The position numbers were made by a program, and so were the translations under genes. A stretch of DNA of 64,000 nucleotides from Candidatus Latescibacterota bacterium (GTDB lineage Bacteria > Latescibacterota > UBA2968 > UBA8231), in the NCBI GenBank assembly GCA_965248355.1, contig OZ252098.1, positions 128,001 through 192,000 of the forward strand. Reading direction: 5' to 3'. Each line of letters starts with the position of its first letter. The first letter of the stretch is position 1. Of the stretch, positions 27,292 to 35,747 are shown one piece after another. Under the pieces are notes generated by a model. It ran no database searches. It saw only the letters and a list, made by a program, of their open reading frames with translations, and was not told where the DNA came from.

Positions 27292-30147
27292 TTGGCAACC
27301 GAGGTCTCCGAGACGACGAACGGGACGGGTGATGAGCCTGGAGGGGTCGCGCCTGTCCTGGAGGTCGGCACCCGGGACGCCCACCGAACCGCGCTCTCGG
27401 TACCGCCGAGCGTCGAGCAGATCACCGCGGATCGTGCGGGCATCCTGATCGCCCGTGGCAGCCGCCCAGCCGGTCTGGAGCCCGCCGCCGGAGGCGGCGG
27501 ACGGACCGCGCGCAGGGCGGTGGCGGGTCTTGCCCTCTGGATGCTGGCGGGCAGCTTGGCCGAGCCCTGCCTGGCGCAGCGCTCCCCCGAGGACTACTGG
27601 TCGGGCCAGCAGGAGTTCCTGAACCGGGAGCTGCGTCCGCTCTGGGAGGAGCGCTACGAGAACTACAGCTTCCTCAGCTACCGGGACTACGGATTCCGGC
27701 CGGAGCGTCCCACCTACGATCCCTTCGGCTCCTACCTGGTCGACGGGGTGGAGATCCTGCGGATCGAGGAGTACGGCACCCTGGACCCCGCACGCAGCAG
27801 CAGGGTGCCCGGTTGGGGGCTGGGCCAGTTCCGCAACATGGTGGTCCTGCGCGACGCCTTCGGCGGCTGGTCGACCCGATTCATGATCGGCAACCTCCTG
27901 GACGGCCGGTTCACTCCCCTGACCCTGAACCTGTCCCGTCTGGAGGGGCTCCGCTGGGACGCGTCCTCCCACCGCAACAGCTTCTCCCTGATCTCGTCCC
28001 GCGTGCCCCGGCCGCTGACGGGTGCCCGACACTTCACCCACTACCTCTTCGGAGGACACTGGAGCAGCCAGTTCGGCGACGTCCTGACCTTCGGCGCCTC
28101 CTACGTGAACCTCCACCTGCAGGATGCCTCCCGGCGAAACACGAGCCTGCGCGGAGACGTCCCTTCGCGCCTGACCGGCACCTCGTCATTCTACCTGGTC
28201 ATCAGCGACGATTCGCCGGAGGACGACCACGGTGTCGATGTGTACGCCGTGGAGCTGTACGCCGATCAGCAGCGGCTGGACGTGGACCCCGAGGTGAAGC
28301 TGATCCCTCACGTGGTGGAGGTGAGTGAGGTCTCCCATATCCGCCGGGACGGAGCGTGGGCACCCCGGATCTTCAACGCCGACCGGATTTTCGTCGAGCG
28401 CACGGGGCTCTTCGCCAGGGAGGGCATCCCCCTCGTCGGGCCGTTCCCGCTCCAGGTGGGCGGCACGGACCTGCTGGTACTGCGCTACGAGGTGCCCGGT
28501 GATCCGCAGAGCCTGCAGTTCCGGGTGCAGGTGGCCGGAGACTACAGCCTGGACGTGGGCGCCGCCTATGGCTTCTTCGGCGGCGGCACGTCGCTCTGGA
28601 GCGACTGGCACAACGTCGAGCGGGCGCCTGGCAATGTGCAGGACGGGTCCAACATGGGCTGGGTCACCGTCGACTACGGCTTCCCCACGGGGATGGTCCA
28701 GTTCGGCAGCACGGTGGAGGCGGAGATCGGCGGCGCGAACCTGGAGGCGGAGTACATCAGCAACGTCCAGCACGCCCGTTTCCCCTTCGTGGGCCGCCGC
28801 GACAGCCGCGCCACGAGCGCCTGGTACGTGCGTCTCCTGCAGGAATGGTCCCTCGCGGACGTGGGGTTGGAGCTATTCGACGTCCCTCCGACCTACCAGG
28901 TCTCGTTGCCCGTGTGGTCCGAAGGCGAGCAGGCTGTCCTGCCGTGGGAGCTGGTGGAGGACAACGACGACAATGACGAGTGGCCGGACAAGGTGGAACA
29001 CTGGGATCCTCTGGACCCCGTCTACGTCGCCTATGCCAACGCCTCGGGAATCGACGTGGACGCCCTCCGACCCGATGCGGCCGGCGACTATGGTCTGGGC
29101 GGAGGGCACGGGGTCTTCCCGGGCCTGGATCAGGACGAGGACGGGGTGGTGGACACCAACGTCAACCGCAACCAGTTCCCGGACTATCTCGAGCCCTTCC
29201 TCATGTACTATGTCGAGCCGGACGACTTCGTGTACGGGGAGGACTTCAACAACAACGGCGTGGTCGACGTGCGCGAGAACGACAACAAGCCCGACCTCCC
29301 CTACGACCTGGACAGTCGGGGCTACCACGGCTTTGCCTCCCTGCAACCCCTCGAGGAAGTAGGGTTGCGTCTCGGACGGTACCAGGTCCGGCAGCGAGCG
29401 GCGGCTGGCAGGAACGAGGTGACCTACGGCGAGCTGGCCTACACGGCAGAGGGGAGACAAGCGGGCCGGTTTATCGCCCGCTGGCGCCTCAAGCGTATTC
29501 GCGACGACATAGCCAATCCCCTCTACGAGGCGGTGATCGAGCCCCTGACCCAGGTCAATGTGGCCATTCGACCGCGGCCCGATCTCATGCTGATGGAAAA
29601 CAGCCTCGTGAGCACCTTCTTCGGAAAAGGGCATTACACCGGCATCGAAGGCCTGAACGTGATCCAGGCGGCCAAGGTCGAGTGGAACAACCGCAGGGAC
29701 AGCCGGCCGGGACTGGGGGACGATATCGTGGACTGGAGCCTCGTGAGCAAGGCCGACTACGCCCTTGTCAGGGGCGGGCTGACCCTGAGCCCGATGGTGA
29801 AGTTCACCCTGCGGCGGAGGTCGGCGCCCGATGATCTCCTCATGCCCCTGCAGAGCCAGGAGATCATCCCCATTCTCCGGGCCGACTATGCGCTGAGTGA
29901 GCACACAACCCTCCGCGCAGGCGTGCAGGGACTGCCGTGGCACCACCGGTTCCGCGATGCCAAGGCGCCGTCAAGGGACTTCGACGCCCGCCACTACATC
30001 GTGGTCATCCAGAACCTGAGCAACTACACCGGGTACGACGTGAGCACGAATCTCGGATTCCGGTCCAGCCGCTCGGAGTTCGTCAAACTGCCGAGCCGGC
30101 GGACCCAGCGGCTCAGCGAGTTCTTCATCCAGGCGCGGATCCTCTAG
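27292..30147 (+). CDS. Large exported protein of the same family as copies A/B (putative OM barrel with Ca-binding-like insert)
   Basis: YDPFGSYLVDG, RFTPLTL, GNVQDGSN, EDNDDNDEWPD..GVFPGLDQDEDG..DTNVNRNQFPDYLEPF; ends FFIQARIL. True start uncertain (signal-like segment near 27510-27580). Confidence 0.75.
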   Translation: MATEVSETTNGTGDEPGGVAPVLEVGTRDAHRTALSVPPSVEQITADRAGILIARGSRPAGLEPAAGGGGRTARRAVAGLALWMLAGSLAEPCLAQRSPEDYWSGQQEFLNRELRPLWEERYENYSFLSYRDYGFRPERPTYDPFGSYLVDGVEILRIEEYGTLDPARSSRVPGWGLGQFRNMVVLRDAFGGWSTRFMIGNLLDGRFTPLTLNLSRLEGLRWDASSHRNSFSLISSRVPRPLTGARHFTHYLFGGHWSSQFGDVLTFGASYVNLHLQDASRRNTSLRGDVPSRLTGTSSFYLVISDDSPEDDHGVDVYAVELYADQQRLDVDPEVKLIPHVVEVSEVSHIRRDGAWAPRIFNADRIFVERTGLFAREGIPLVGPFPLQVGGTDLLVLRYEVPGDPQSLQFRVQVAGDYSLDVGAAYGFFGGGTSLWSDWHNVERAPGNVQDGSNMGWVTVDYGFPTGMVQFGSTVEAEIGGANLEAEYISNVQHARFPFVGRRDSRATSAWYVRLLQEWSLADVGLELFDVPPTYQVSLPVWSEGEQAVLPWELVEDNDDNDEWPDKVEHWDPLDPVYVAYANASGIDVDALRPDAAGDYGLGGGHGVFPGLDQDEDGVVDTNVNRNQFPDYLEPFLMYYVEPDDFVYGEDFNNNGVVDVRENDNKPDLPYDLDSRGYHGFASLQPLEEVGLRLGRYQVRQRAAAGRNEVTYGELAYTAEGRQAGRFIARWRLKRIRDDIANPLYEAVIEPLTQVNVAIRPRPDLMLMENSLVSTFFGKGHYTGIEGLNVIQAAKVEWNNRRDSRPGLGDDIVDWSLVSKADYALVRGGLTLSPMVKFTLRRRSAPDDLLMPLQSQEIIPILRADYALSEHTTLRAGVQGLPWHHRFRDAKAPSRDFDARHYIVVIQNLSNYTGYDVSTNLGFRSSRSEFVKLPSRRTQRLSEFFIQARIL

Positions 30148-30149
30148 CC

Positions 30150-32861
30150 ATGGCGGTGAACAAGGGCCTTGGCGCTGCCGCTCTGCTGACCGGGTGGCTG
30201 ATGCTGTCCCCGACGCCCGGTGTGAGCCAGCTCCTCTACGAGCCGGTCCGAGACTATGAGCAATACTACGCCCGCACAGGGTACAGGGAGTACACCGCCT
30301 CCTTGTGGTCCCAGGTTCGGGCCCCCGTCTTCGACGAACTGGGCAACTTCCTCCTCGACGGCACCGAGATCTGGCGCAGCCAGGAGACGCGTCCCATGGA
30401 GCGGGACCCCGGGAGCCTGTTGAACAAGGACCCCCAGTTCCGGTCCCTCGTGGGCAACCTCGTAGTGGCCCATGATACCCACAAGGACTGGGCCAGCCGG
30501 CTGATGGTGGGGAACCGGATACGGACCAAGTTCACTCCCTTGACCCTGGACCTGGCCCAGTTGAACGGGATCCGCTGGGACGTGGATCTCGGAGGCACAC
30601 AGGCCACCTTGGTGTCGTCGCGCTTCGACTGGCCGATCTACAACGACGACGACAACGCCTTCCACATGTCGAGGAACGAACCGACCAACCTGCTGGGCGG
30701 TCACCTCGCGCACAGGGCGGGAGCCCTCAGGGTGAGCCTCTCCTACGCCAACCTCCTGCGCACCGACAGCTTCGTCGGCTTTGGCGACAACAGCCTCAAG
30801 GGCGTGCTGCCTTCGCGGCTGAAGAATCCGCCCGCCTACCTCGCCGTCAAGATCAGCGATGGCTCGGAGGACGACGGCCGTGGCGCGCGGGTCTACGATG
30901 TTCGCATCGAGGGGCCCCTCAACGACCGCGTGGAAGTCAGCGTGACGCGCCACGACGCCGATGTGGTGAATCCGAACTTCCCGAATGGGGACAGGCTCTT
31001 CCGGCCGGGCTTCACGATTCCTCCCTACGTCGAGTTCCTCAAGGGGGACCTGACCCTGGAGGACCCCGGCGCCCAGGGCTTCCTGGAGGCCAACGGGAGA
31101 GAGTACCTCATCTACTGGTTCAAGATCCCCCAGGAGATGCGCGACGAGGTCGAGTCCGTTCGCTTCAACGCCATGGTGGCCAACGACTACCGCATCAGTC
31201 TGTCCGAGGTCTTCCTGCCCGCGGCGACGGCCACCACCAGCAATCCGGACATCCGGATCGTGCGGGCCACGTTCTTCCGCGACGTGGCGGCCCAGGAGGG
31301 GAACGTGGGCGACATGGGCAATCTGCGCCGCGTCTCCTTCGAGTACGGCCGCCAGAGCGGCCGTACCACGGGCAGCCTGCGCCTGGAGCTGGACCGTGAG
31401 GGATTCCAGGTGCGCGGGGAGTACGCTCGCAGCTTCAATTACCTCCAGTATCCGAGCACGATCGGGCGGAGCCGCTGGCGCCGGGAGACGGCGGATGCCT
31501 TCTTCGTCCACGCCAAGAAGCAGCTCGGATGGTTTCGCCTGGCCGGCGAGTACTTCCGGATGGACCCCCTGTACAGCACTTCCCTCTCCGTCCAGAGCAG
31601 GGAATACTGGACCTATTCCGATGACCTCGGCAGTCCCTTCATCGGAGAGGTCTTTCCCAACTGGCAGGACGGGTACAACGACACCGTCATCCTCGACACG
31701 GTGGACGACAACGACGACAAGGACCTGTGGCCCGATTTCCATTTCCTCAACAAGCACTTCGGCGATCGGGACGGCGTCTTCCCGGGACTCGACCGGGACC
31801 AGGACGGCCGGACCGATGTCAACGAGAACGGCAACGGCGACCCCGACTACAACGAGCCCTTCCTGCTCTACAATGTCGATCCGCTGGAGTACGACTACGG
31901 CGACGACATGAACAACAACGGGGTGATCGATCACCGCGAGGACGACTTCCGGCCGGACTACCCCTATCCGACGGACAGAAAGGGGTATCACCTCTTCGGC
32001 TCCATCGAGCCTGTGGAGGCCCTGGACCTGAGCCTGGGGCGCTACCATGTCCGCGAGATGTGGGGACCGGGCGAGAACCGCGTCAACTACGCGCGCCTGA
32101 ACTATCGGCGTACCCTCTTCCCCTATGCCTCGATCGACTTCTCCGACTTCCTCAAGCGGGTCCACGACGACATCGCCGACGATTCGCCCCAGTTCGGCTT
32201 CTTCACGCCCCACGGGCTGCCGGTCGATCCCACCTCGATCGCGAGCGTCCGCGGTGTGACGGAGGTCGAAGACCCGCTGCTGATGAGGAACAGCGTCGTC
32301 AACACGGCCCACCTCGACGCCACCTTCATCCGGGTGAAGGGCCTGGAGATCAACAGCCGCCTCAAGCACACGGTCAATCTCCAGCGTGCTTCCGTCCTTC
32401 AGCCCGCCGACACGATCCAGGAATGGGCGTGGGTACTGCGCAGCGGCTACACCTGGAAGCGGGACCGGTGGACGGTCACGCCCAGGGCCAAGTACATGGC
32501 CTACCGGCGCCGCGGCGGCGACGTGCAGGTCCATCCCGTTTCCGAACGCTACTTCTACCCCATGGTGGTGGCCACGGTGGCCCTGTCGCCCCAGACCAGC
32601 CTGAGCGCGGGGGCCCAGGGTTTCCCGTTTCTGTCCAGCACCTACAGGAACCTGATCAACGACAAGGTCGACTACGGCAGCAGGGACTACATCGTCTCGA
32701 TCACCAACCGCACCACGTACGAGGGCTACTACCTGACCCTGAACGCCGGATACCTCGCCAAGACGCTTCGATTCGAGGACAGGAGCCGGAAGCCGCTCGA
32801 TATCGAGCGCTCGCTGCTCTATGTCCGGCTGCTGCTGGGACTGGAGCCCTTCGAAGGATGA
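30150..32861 (+). CDS. Large exported protein of the same family (putative OM barrel with Ca-binding-like insert)
   Basis: ATG 30150 two bases after the upstream stop; signal peptide; FDELGNFLLDG, KFTPLTL, DDNDDKDLWPD..GVFPGLDRDQDG..NENGNGDPDYNEPF; ends LYVRLLLGLEPFEG. Confidence 0.8.
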   Translation: MAVNKGLGAAALLTGWLMLSPTPGVSQLLYEPVRDYEQYYARTGYREYTASLWSQVRAPVFDELGNFLLDGTEIWRSQETRPMERDPGSLLNKDPQFRSLVGNLVVAHDTHKDWASRLMVGNRIRTKFTPLTLDLAQLNGIRWDVDLGGTQATLVSSRFDWPIYNDDDNAFHMSRNEPTNLLGGHLAHRAGALRVSLSYANLLRTDSFVGFGDNSLKGVLPSRLKNPPAYLAVKISDGSEDDGRGARVYDVRIEGPLNDRVEVSVTRHDADVVNPNFPNGDRLFRPGFTIPPYVEFLKGDLTLEDPGAQGFLEANGREYLIYWFKIPQEMRDEVESVRFNAMVANDYRISLSEVFLPAATATTSNPDIRIVRATFFRDVAAQEGNVGDMGNLRRVSFEYGRQSGRTTGSLRLELDREGFQVRGEYARSFNYLQYPSTIGRSRWRRETADAFFVHAKKQLGWFRLAGEYFRMDPLYSTSLSVQSREYWTYSDDLGSPFIGEVFPNWQDGYNDTVILDTVDDNDDKDLWPDFHFLNKHFGDRDGVFPGLDRDQDGRTDVNENGNGDPDYNEPFLLYNVDPLEYDYGDDMNNNGVIDHREDDFRPDYPYPTDRKGYHLFGSIEPVEALDLSLGRYHVREMWGPGENRVNYARLNYRRTLFPYASIDFSDFLKRVHDDIADDSPQFGFFTPHGLPVDPTSIASVRGVTEVEDPLLMRNSVVNTAHLDATFIRVKGLEINSRLKHTVNLQRASVLQPADTIQEWAWVLRSGYTWKRDRWTVTPRAKYMAYRRRGGDVQVHPVSERYFYPMVVATVALSPQTSLSAGAQGFPFLSSTYRNLINDKVDYGSRDYIVSITNRTTYEGYYLTLNAGYLAKTLRFEDRSRKPLDIERSLLYVRLLLGLEPFEG

Positions 32862-35668
32862 GACGGGTGAGGCTTGCGGTCTGGACGCTGGTCTTCATGC
32901 TGACCTGGGGGGACCCGGGTCGGGTGGGGGCCGAGGAGCCGCATCTGGGGTTCGCGCAGGACGTCTCCGGCCGCTCCTTCCTCTACCGGTCGGATCCCTC
33001 CTACCTGAACTACGGTTTCGAGGACTACGCGCTGCCGGAGTTCACGCGGTTCTCGCGGCGCAACTACTACGGTCCCCTGGGCAACTTCCTGATCCAGGGC
33101 TACGACGTGTACGAGTGGCGGGAGACGCGGTCGTCGGCGACGTCGGCATTGCCCAAGTCCTTCCGCACGATCCCCCGTTTCTCGCGCTTCGAGCGCAACC
33201 TGGTGGCCCGGGAGTCGCACGCGCGGTGGGCGGCGAGCCTGATCTACGGGGAGGAGATCCGCACGATGTTCACGCCGCTGACGCTGGCCTTGGCGGGGTA
33301 CGACGGCATCCGCCTGGACAGCCAGGTGGGCAACACGCGGGTGGCGGTCATCGGCCAGCGCTACACCGGGCCCTTCGCCGACAGCCGCTACGGCGGCGGT
33401 CCCACCTGGCACCACTGGGACTCCGCCGAAGAGATCCGCAGCTCGGCGATGCTTCTGGGGGCCCACGGCGATGTCGAGCTGGGGGCGCTGACCCTGGGGG
33501 CGACGGGGGTGAACTTCCACATCTTCGACGCGGAGCAGGAGCGCTTCGTTCTGCGCGGGGGGCTGCAGGCCGAGCAGGTGCTGCCGGTGGCCTACCTGGT
33601 GCGGTTCTCCGACGATACGCCGGAGGACCTGCAGGCCGGCGCCGTGGTCTCCGAGGTCCGTCTGAAGGTCAACGGGGAGGATCGGCCGGACCTGCGGCCG
33701 TTCCTGGCCCGGATCAACGGCCAGAACCCCACGGCGGTGGGCTCCACCAACCGGCTCACGGGTCAGTTCCGGCGCGTGGTCTACCTGGATCGGGGCACGC
33801 GCTTCGCGGACGTGCTCTACCTGCGCGATCACCTGCAGGGGGAGGACGTGTCGGAGAAGGTCAACCTGGAGGAGCTGCTGCGCTGGGTGGAGGCCCTGCC
33901 GGACGTTCCGGGGCTGCGGGCCGACGGCCACGAGCAGATCATCGCCGTCTTCGACGTGAGCCAGGAGCCCTTCATCCGCCAGGTGCAGGTGGAGGCGCTG
34001 GTGGGCAACGACTACCGGGTCGAGGTGCTGCCCCTCTTCGTCTCGGCCCCGGCGGTGGAGAACTACGAGTTCTACTACCGCGTCGGCGGCAATACCCTGG
34101 TGTCCACGAGCGGCTACCTGGAGAGAAAGGAGACGCCGGGCATCACCGCCGTCCGCCGGTCCCGGGGCAACGTGCAGGACATGTCGAACCTGGAGTGGGT
34201 GCGTCTGGATCTGGGGGAGTGGACGGGCCGGGCCCTGTGGGGTCTCGACGGGGCCTGGGAGTGGGGCGACGCCGAGGTGCGCTGGGAATACGCCCGCAAC
34301 GTGGAGTATCGGGAGTTTCCCGACGGCCGGCCGGGGCACCGCCAGGACCGGGAGGTCCGGGGGATCCGCCGCTGGAACGGGGCGCGCAGCAGCACGGGGG
34401 CGGGGGCCTGGTACGTGAACGGGCAGTGGCGCCGGGGCCGGATGGAGGTGGGCGGCGAGCTGTTCTCCATCGCCGAGGAGTACGACAGCGGCTTCGTGCA
34501 GGACAACGACGACGACGACCGCTATCCCGACATCGGCCACGGCCATCGGCCGAGTCCCCACTACACCACGATCCCCTACGACCCGGACGGGGTGTTTCCG
34601 GGCAACGACCGGGACAACGACCGGATTCCGGATACCAACCGCAACGGCAACCAGGTGCCCGACTACCTGGAAGCGTTCCTGCTGTACGACGTGGAGTCGG
34701 AGGCGTATGCCTATGGACGGGACGCCAACAACAACGGGATCCCCGACCACCGCGAGGACGACCTGGCTTCGGACTACCCCTACGAGCTGGACCAGCGCGG
34801 GCACCACCTCTTCGGGACGCTGCATCTGCCGGGCGGCTTCCGTCTCACGGCGGGCCGTCTGCAGGCCGGGGGGATCGTCGGCGGCGGCCGCAACGAGAGC
34901 ACCTACGGCGTGGCCAGCTTCCGCCGCCACAGCCCCCGGTGGGGCTCGGTCCGGGCGGAGACCCGCCTCCAGCGGCTCCATGATGACATCGTCGACAACT
35001 ACATCACCTACGGCGAGGTCCTGGGCGGGCACGAGTTCTGGCCCACCTACGCCCCCACCAGGGTGACGGATCAGTTGGAGTATCGCGACAGCCTGGACCG
35101 GCAGCACTACGTCGAGGCCGACCTCACCGCCGCCGGCGGTCTGCGCCTCGGCGGCAACCTGCGCTATGCGGTCAACGAGCAGCAGGAGGCGACCCTGGCC
35201 GGCGGCAGCGACCAGGCCGCCGACACCATCACCCGGCTGACGATGGTGGTCCGGGCCGAGTACGTGCGGGAGCTGTCGGACCGGTGGCAGCTGATCGCCC
35301 AGACCAAGGGGCTGGTGCTGCGCCGGACCCGGCAGAGCCTGGCCGTGGACCTGGCCAACGAGTGGACCTTCATACCGATCCTCAAGACGTCGTATCACAT
35401 CACGCCGCGTACCCACCTGTGGCTCGGCACCCAGGGGCTGCCGGGCCTGCCCCTGCGCAAGGAGGACCTGGCCGACGGCCGCGACAGCTACGAGGAGGTG
35501 GTGCGGGTGGTGCAGCTGACGAACCGGTCTCCCTACTTCGGGTACAACATCGCCACCAACCTGGGGGTGAAGTGGAACCGGCGCCACTTCGGCGATCCCG
35601 CCCGGCAGAGGAACGACCTCGAAATCACCTCCGCCTTCCTGCGCGTCATCCTGGGCTACGATGGGTGA
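32858..35668 (+). CDS. Large exported protein of the same family, copy B
   Basis: ATGA overlap with the upstream stop; signal peptide MRRVRLAVWTLVFMLTWG; near-identical to copy A; ends SAFLRVILGYDG. Confidence 0.82.
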   Translation: MRRVRLAVWTLVFMLTWGDPGRVGAEEPHLGFAQDVSGRSFLYRSDPSYLNYGFEDYALPEFTRFSRRNYYGPLGNFLIQGYDVYEWRETRSSATSALPKSFRTIPRFSRFERNLVARESHARWAASLIYGEEIRTMFTPLTLALAGYDGIRLDSQVGNTRVAVIGQRYTGPFADSRYGGGPTWHHWDSAEEIRSSAMLLGAHGDVELGALTLGATGVNFHIFDAEQERFVLRGGLQAEQVLPVAYLVRFSDDTPEDLQAGAVVSEVRLKVNGEDRPDLRPFLARINGQNPTAVGSTNRLTGQFRRVVYLDRGTRFADVLYLRDHLQGEDVSEKVNLEELLRWVEALPDVPGLRADGHEQIIAVFDVSQEPFIRQVQVEALVGNDYRVEVLPLFVSAPAVENYEFYYRVGGNTLVSTSGYLERKETPGITAVRRSRGNVQDMSNLEWVRLDLGEWTGRALWGLDGAWEWGDAEVRWEYARNVEYREFPDGRPGHRQDREVRGIRRWNGARSSTGAGAWYVNGQWRRGRMEVGGELFSIAEEYDSGFVQDNDDDDRYPDIGHGHRPSPHYTTIPYDPDGVFPGNDRDNDRIPDTNRNGNQVPDYLEAFLLYDVESEAYAYGRDANNNGIPDHREDDLASDYPYELDQRGHHLFGTLHLPGGFRLTAGRLQAGGIVGGGRNESTYGVASFRRHSPRWGSVRAETRLQRLHDDIVDNYITYGEVLGGHEFWPTYAPTRVTDQLEYRDSLDRQHYVEADLTAAGGLRLGGNLRYAVNEQQEATLAGGSDQAADTITRLTMVVRAEYVRELSDRWQLIAQTKGLVLRRTRQSLAVDLANEWTFIPILKTSYHITPRTHLWLGTQGLPGLPLRKEDLADGRDSYEEVVRVVQLTNRSPYFGYNIATNLGVKWNRRHFGDPARQRNDLEITSAFLRVILGYDG
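32934..35660 (+). repeat. Arm B of the ~2.7-kb inverted duplication
   Basis: Matches the reverse complement of ~19506..22235; boundaries approximate. Confidence 0.92.
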
Positions 35669-35747
35669 GATCTTCCTCCCGGTGGCGACAGGGCGGGCCG
35701 CAGCGGGGCGGCGCGTCTCAACCGCACGCAGTCCGAGGTAACAGCCC

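Noticed and set aside
31727-32857. 1313-aa ORF extension upstream of copy B; likewise extensions at 29937, 38792, 40328, 47835 and 55723
   Set aside because: The Arg/Pro-rich out-of-frame extensions overlap real upstream genes. Better starts with signal peptides, RBS or stop-start coupling exist downstream.
28950-34810. GAC/AAC-rich repetitive DNA as a CRISPR array or tandem repeat
   Set aside because: It is explained by Asp/Asn-rich protein motifs; there is no fixed repeat-spacer periodicity and no cas genes.
19506-35660. Diversity-generating retroelement (TR/VR) explanation for the duplicated gene
   Set aside because: No reverse transcriptase is visible in the window. The repeat is gene-length and inverted, and differences are not adenine-restricted (e.g. 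TGGGGG vs TTCTCG) and include an indel.
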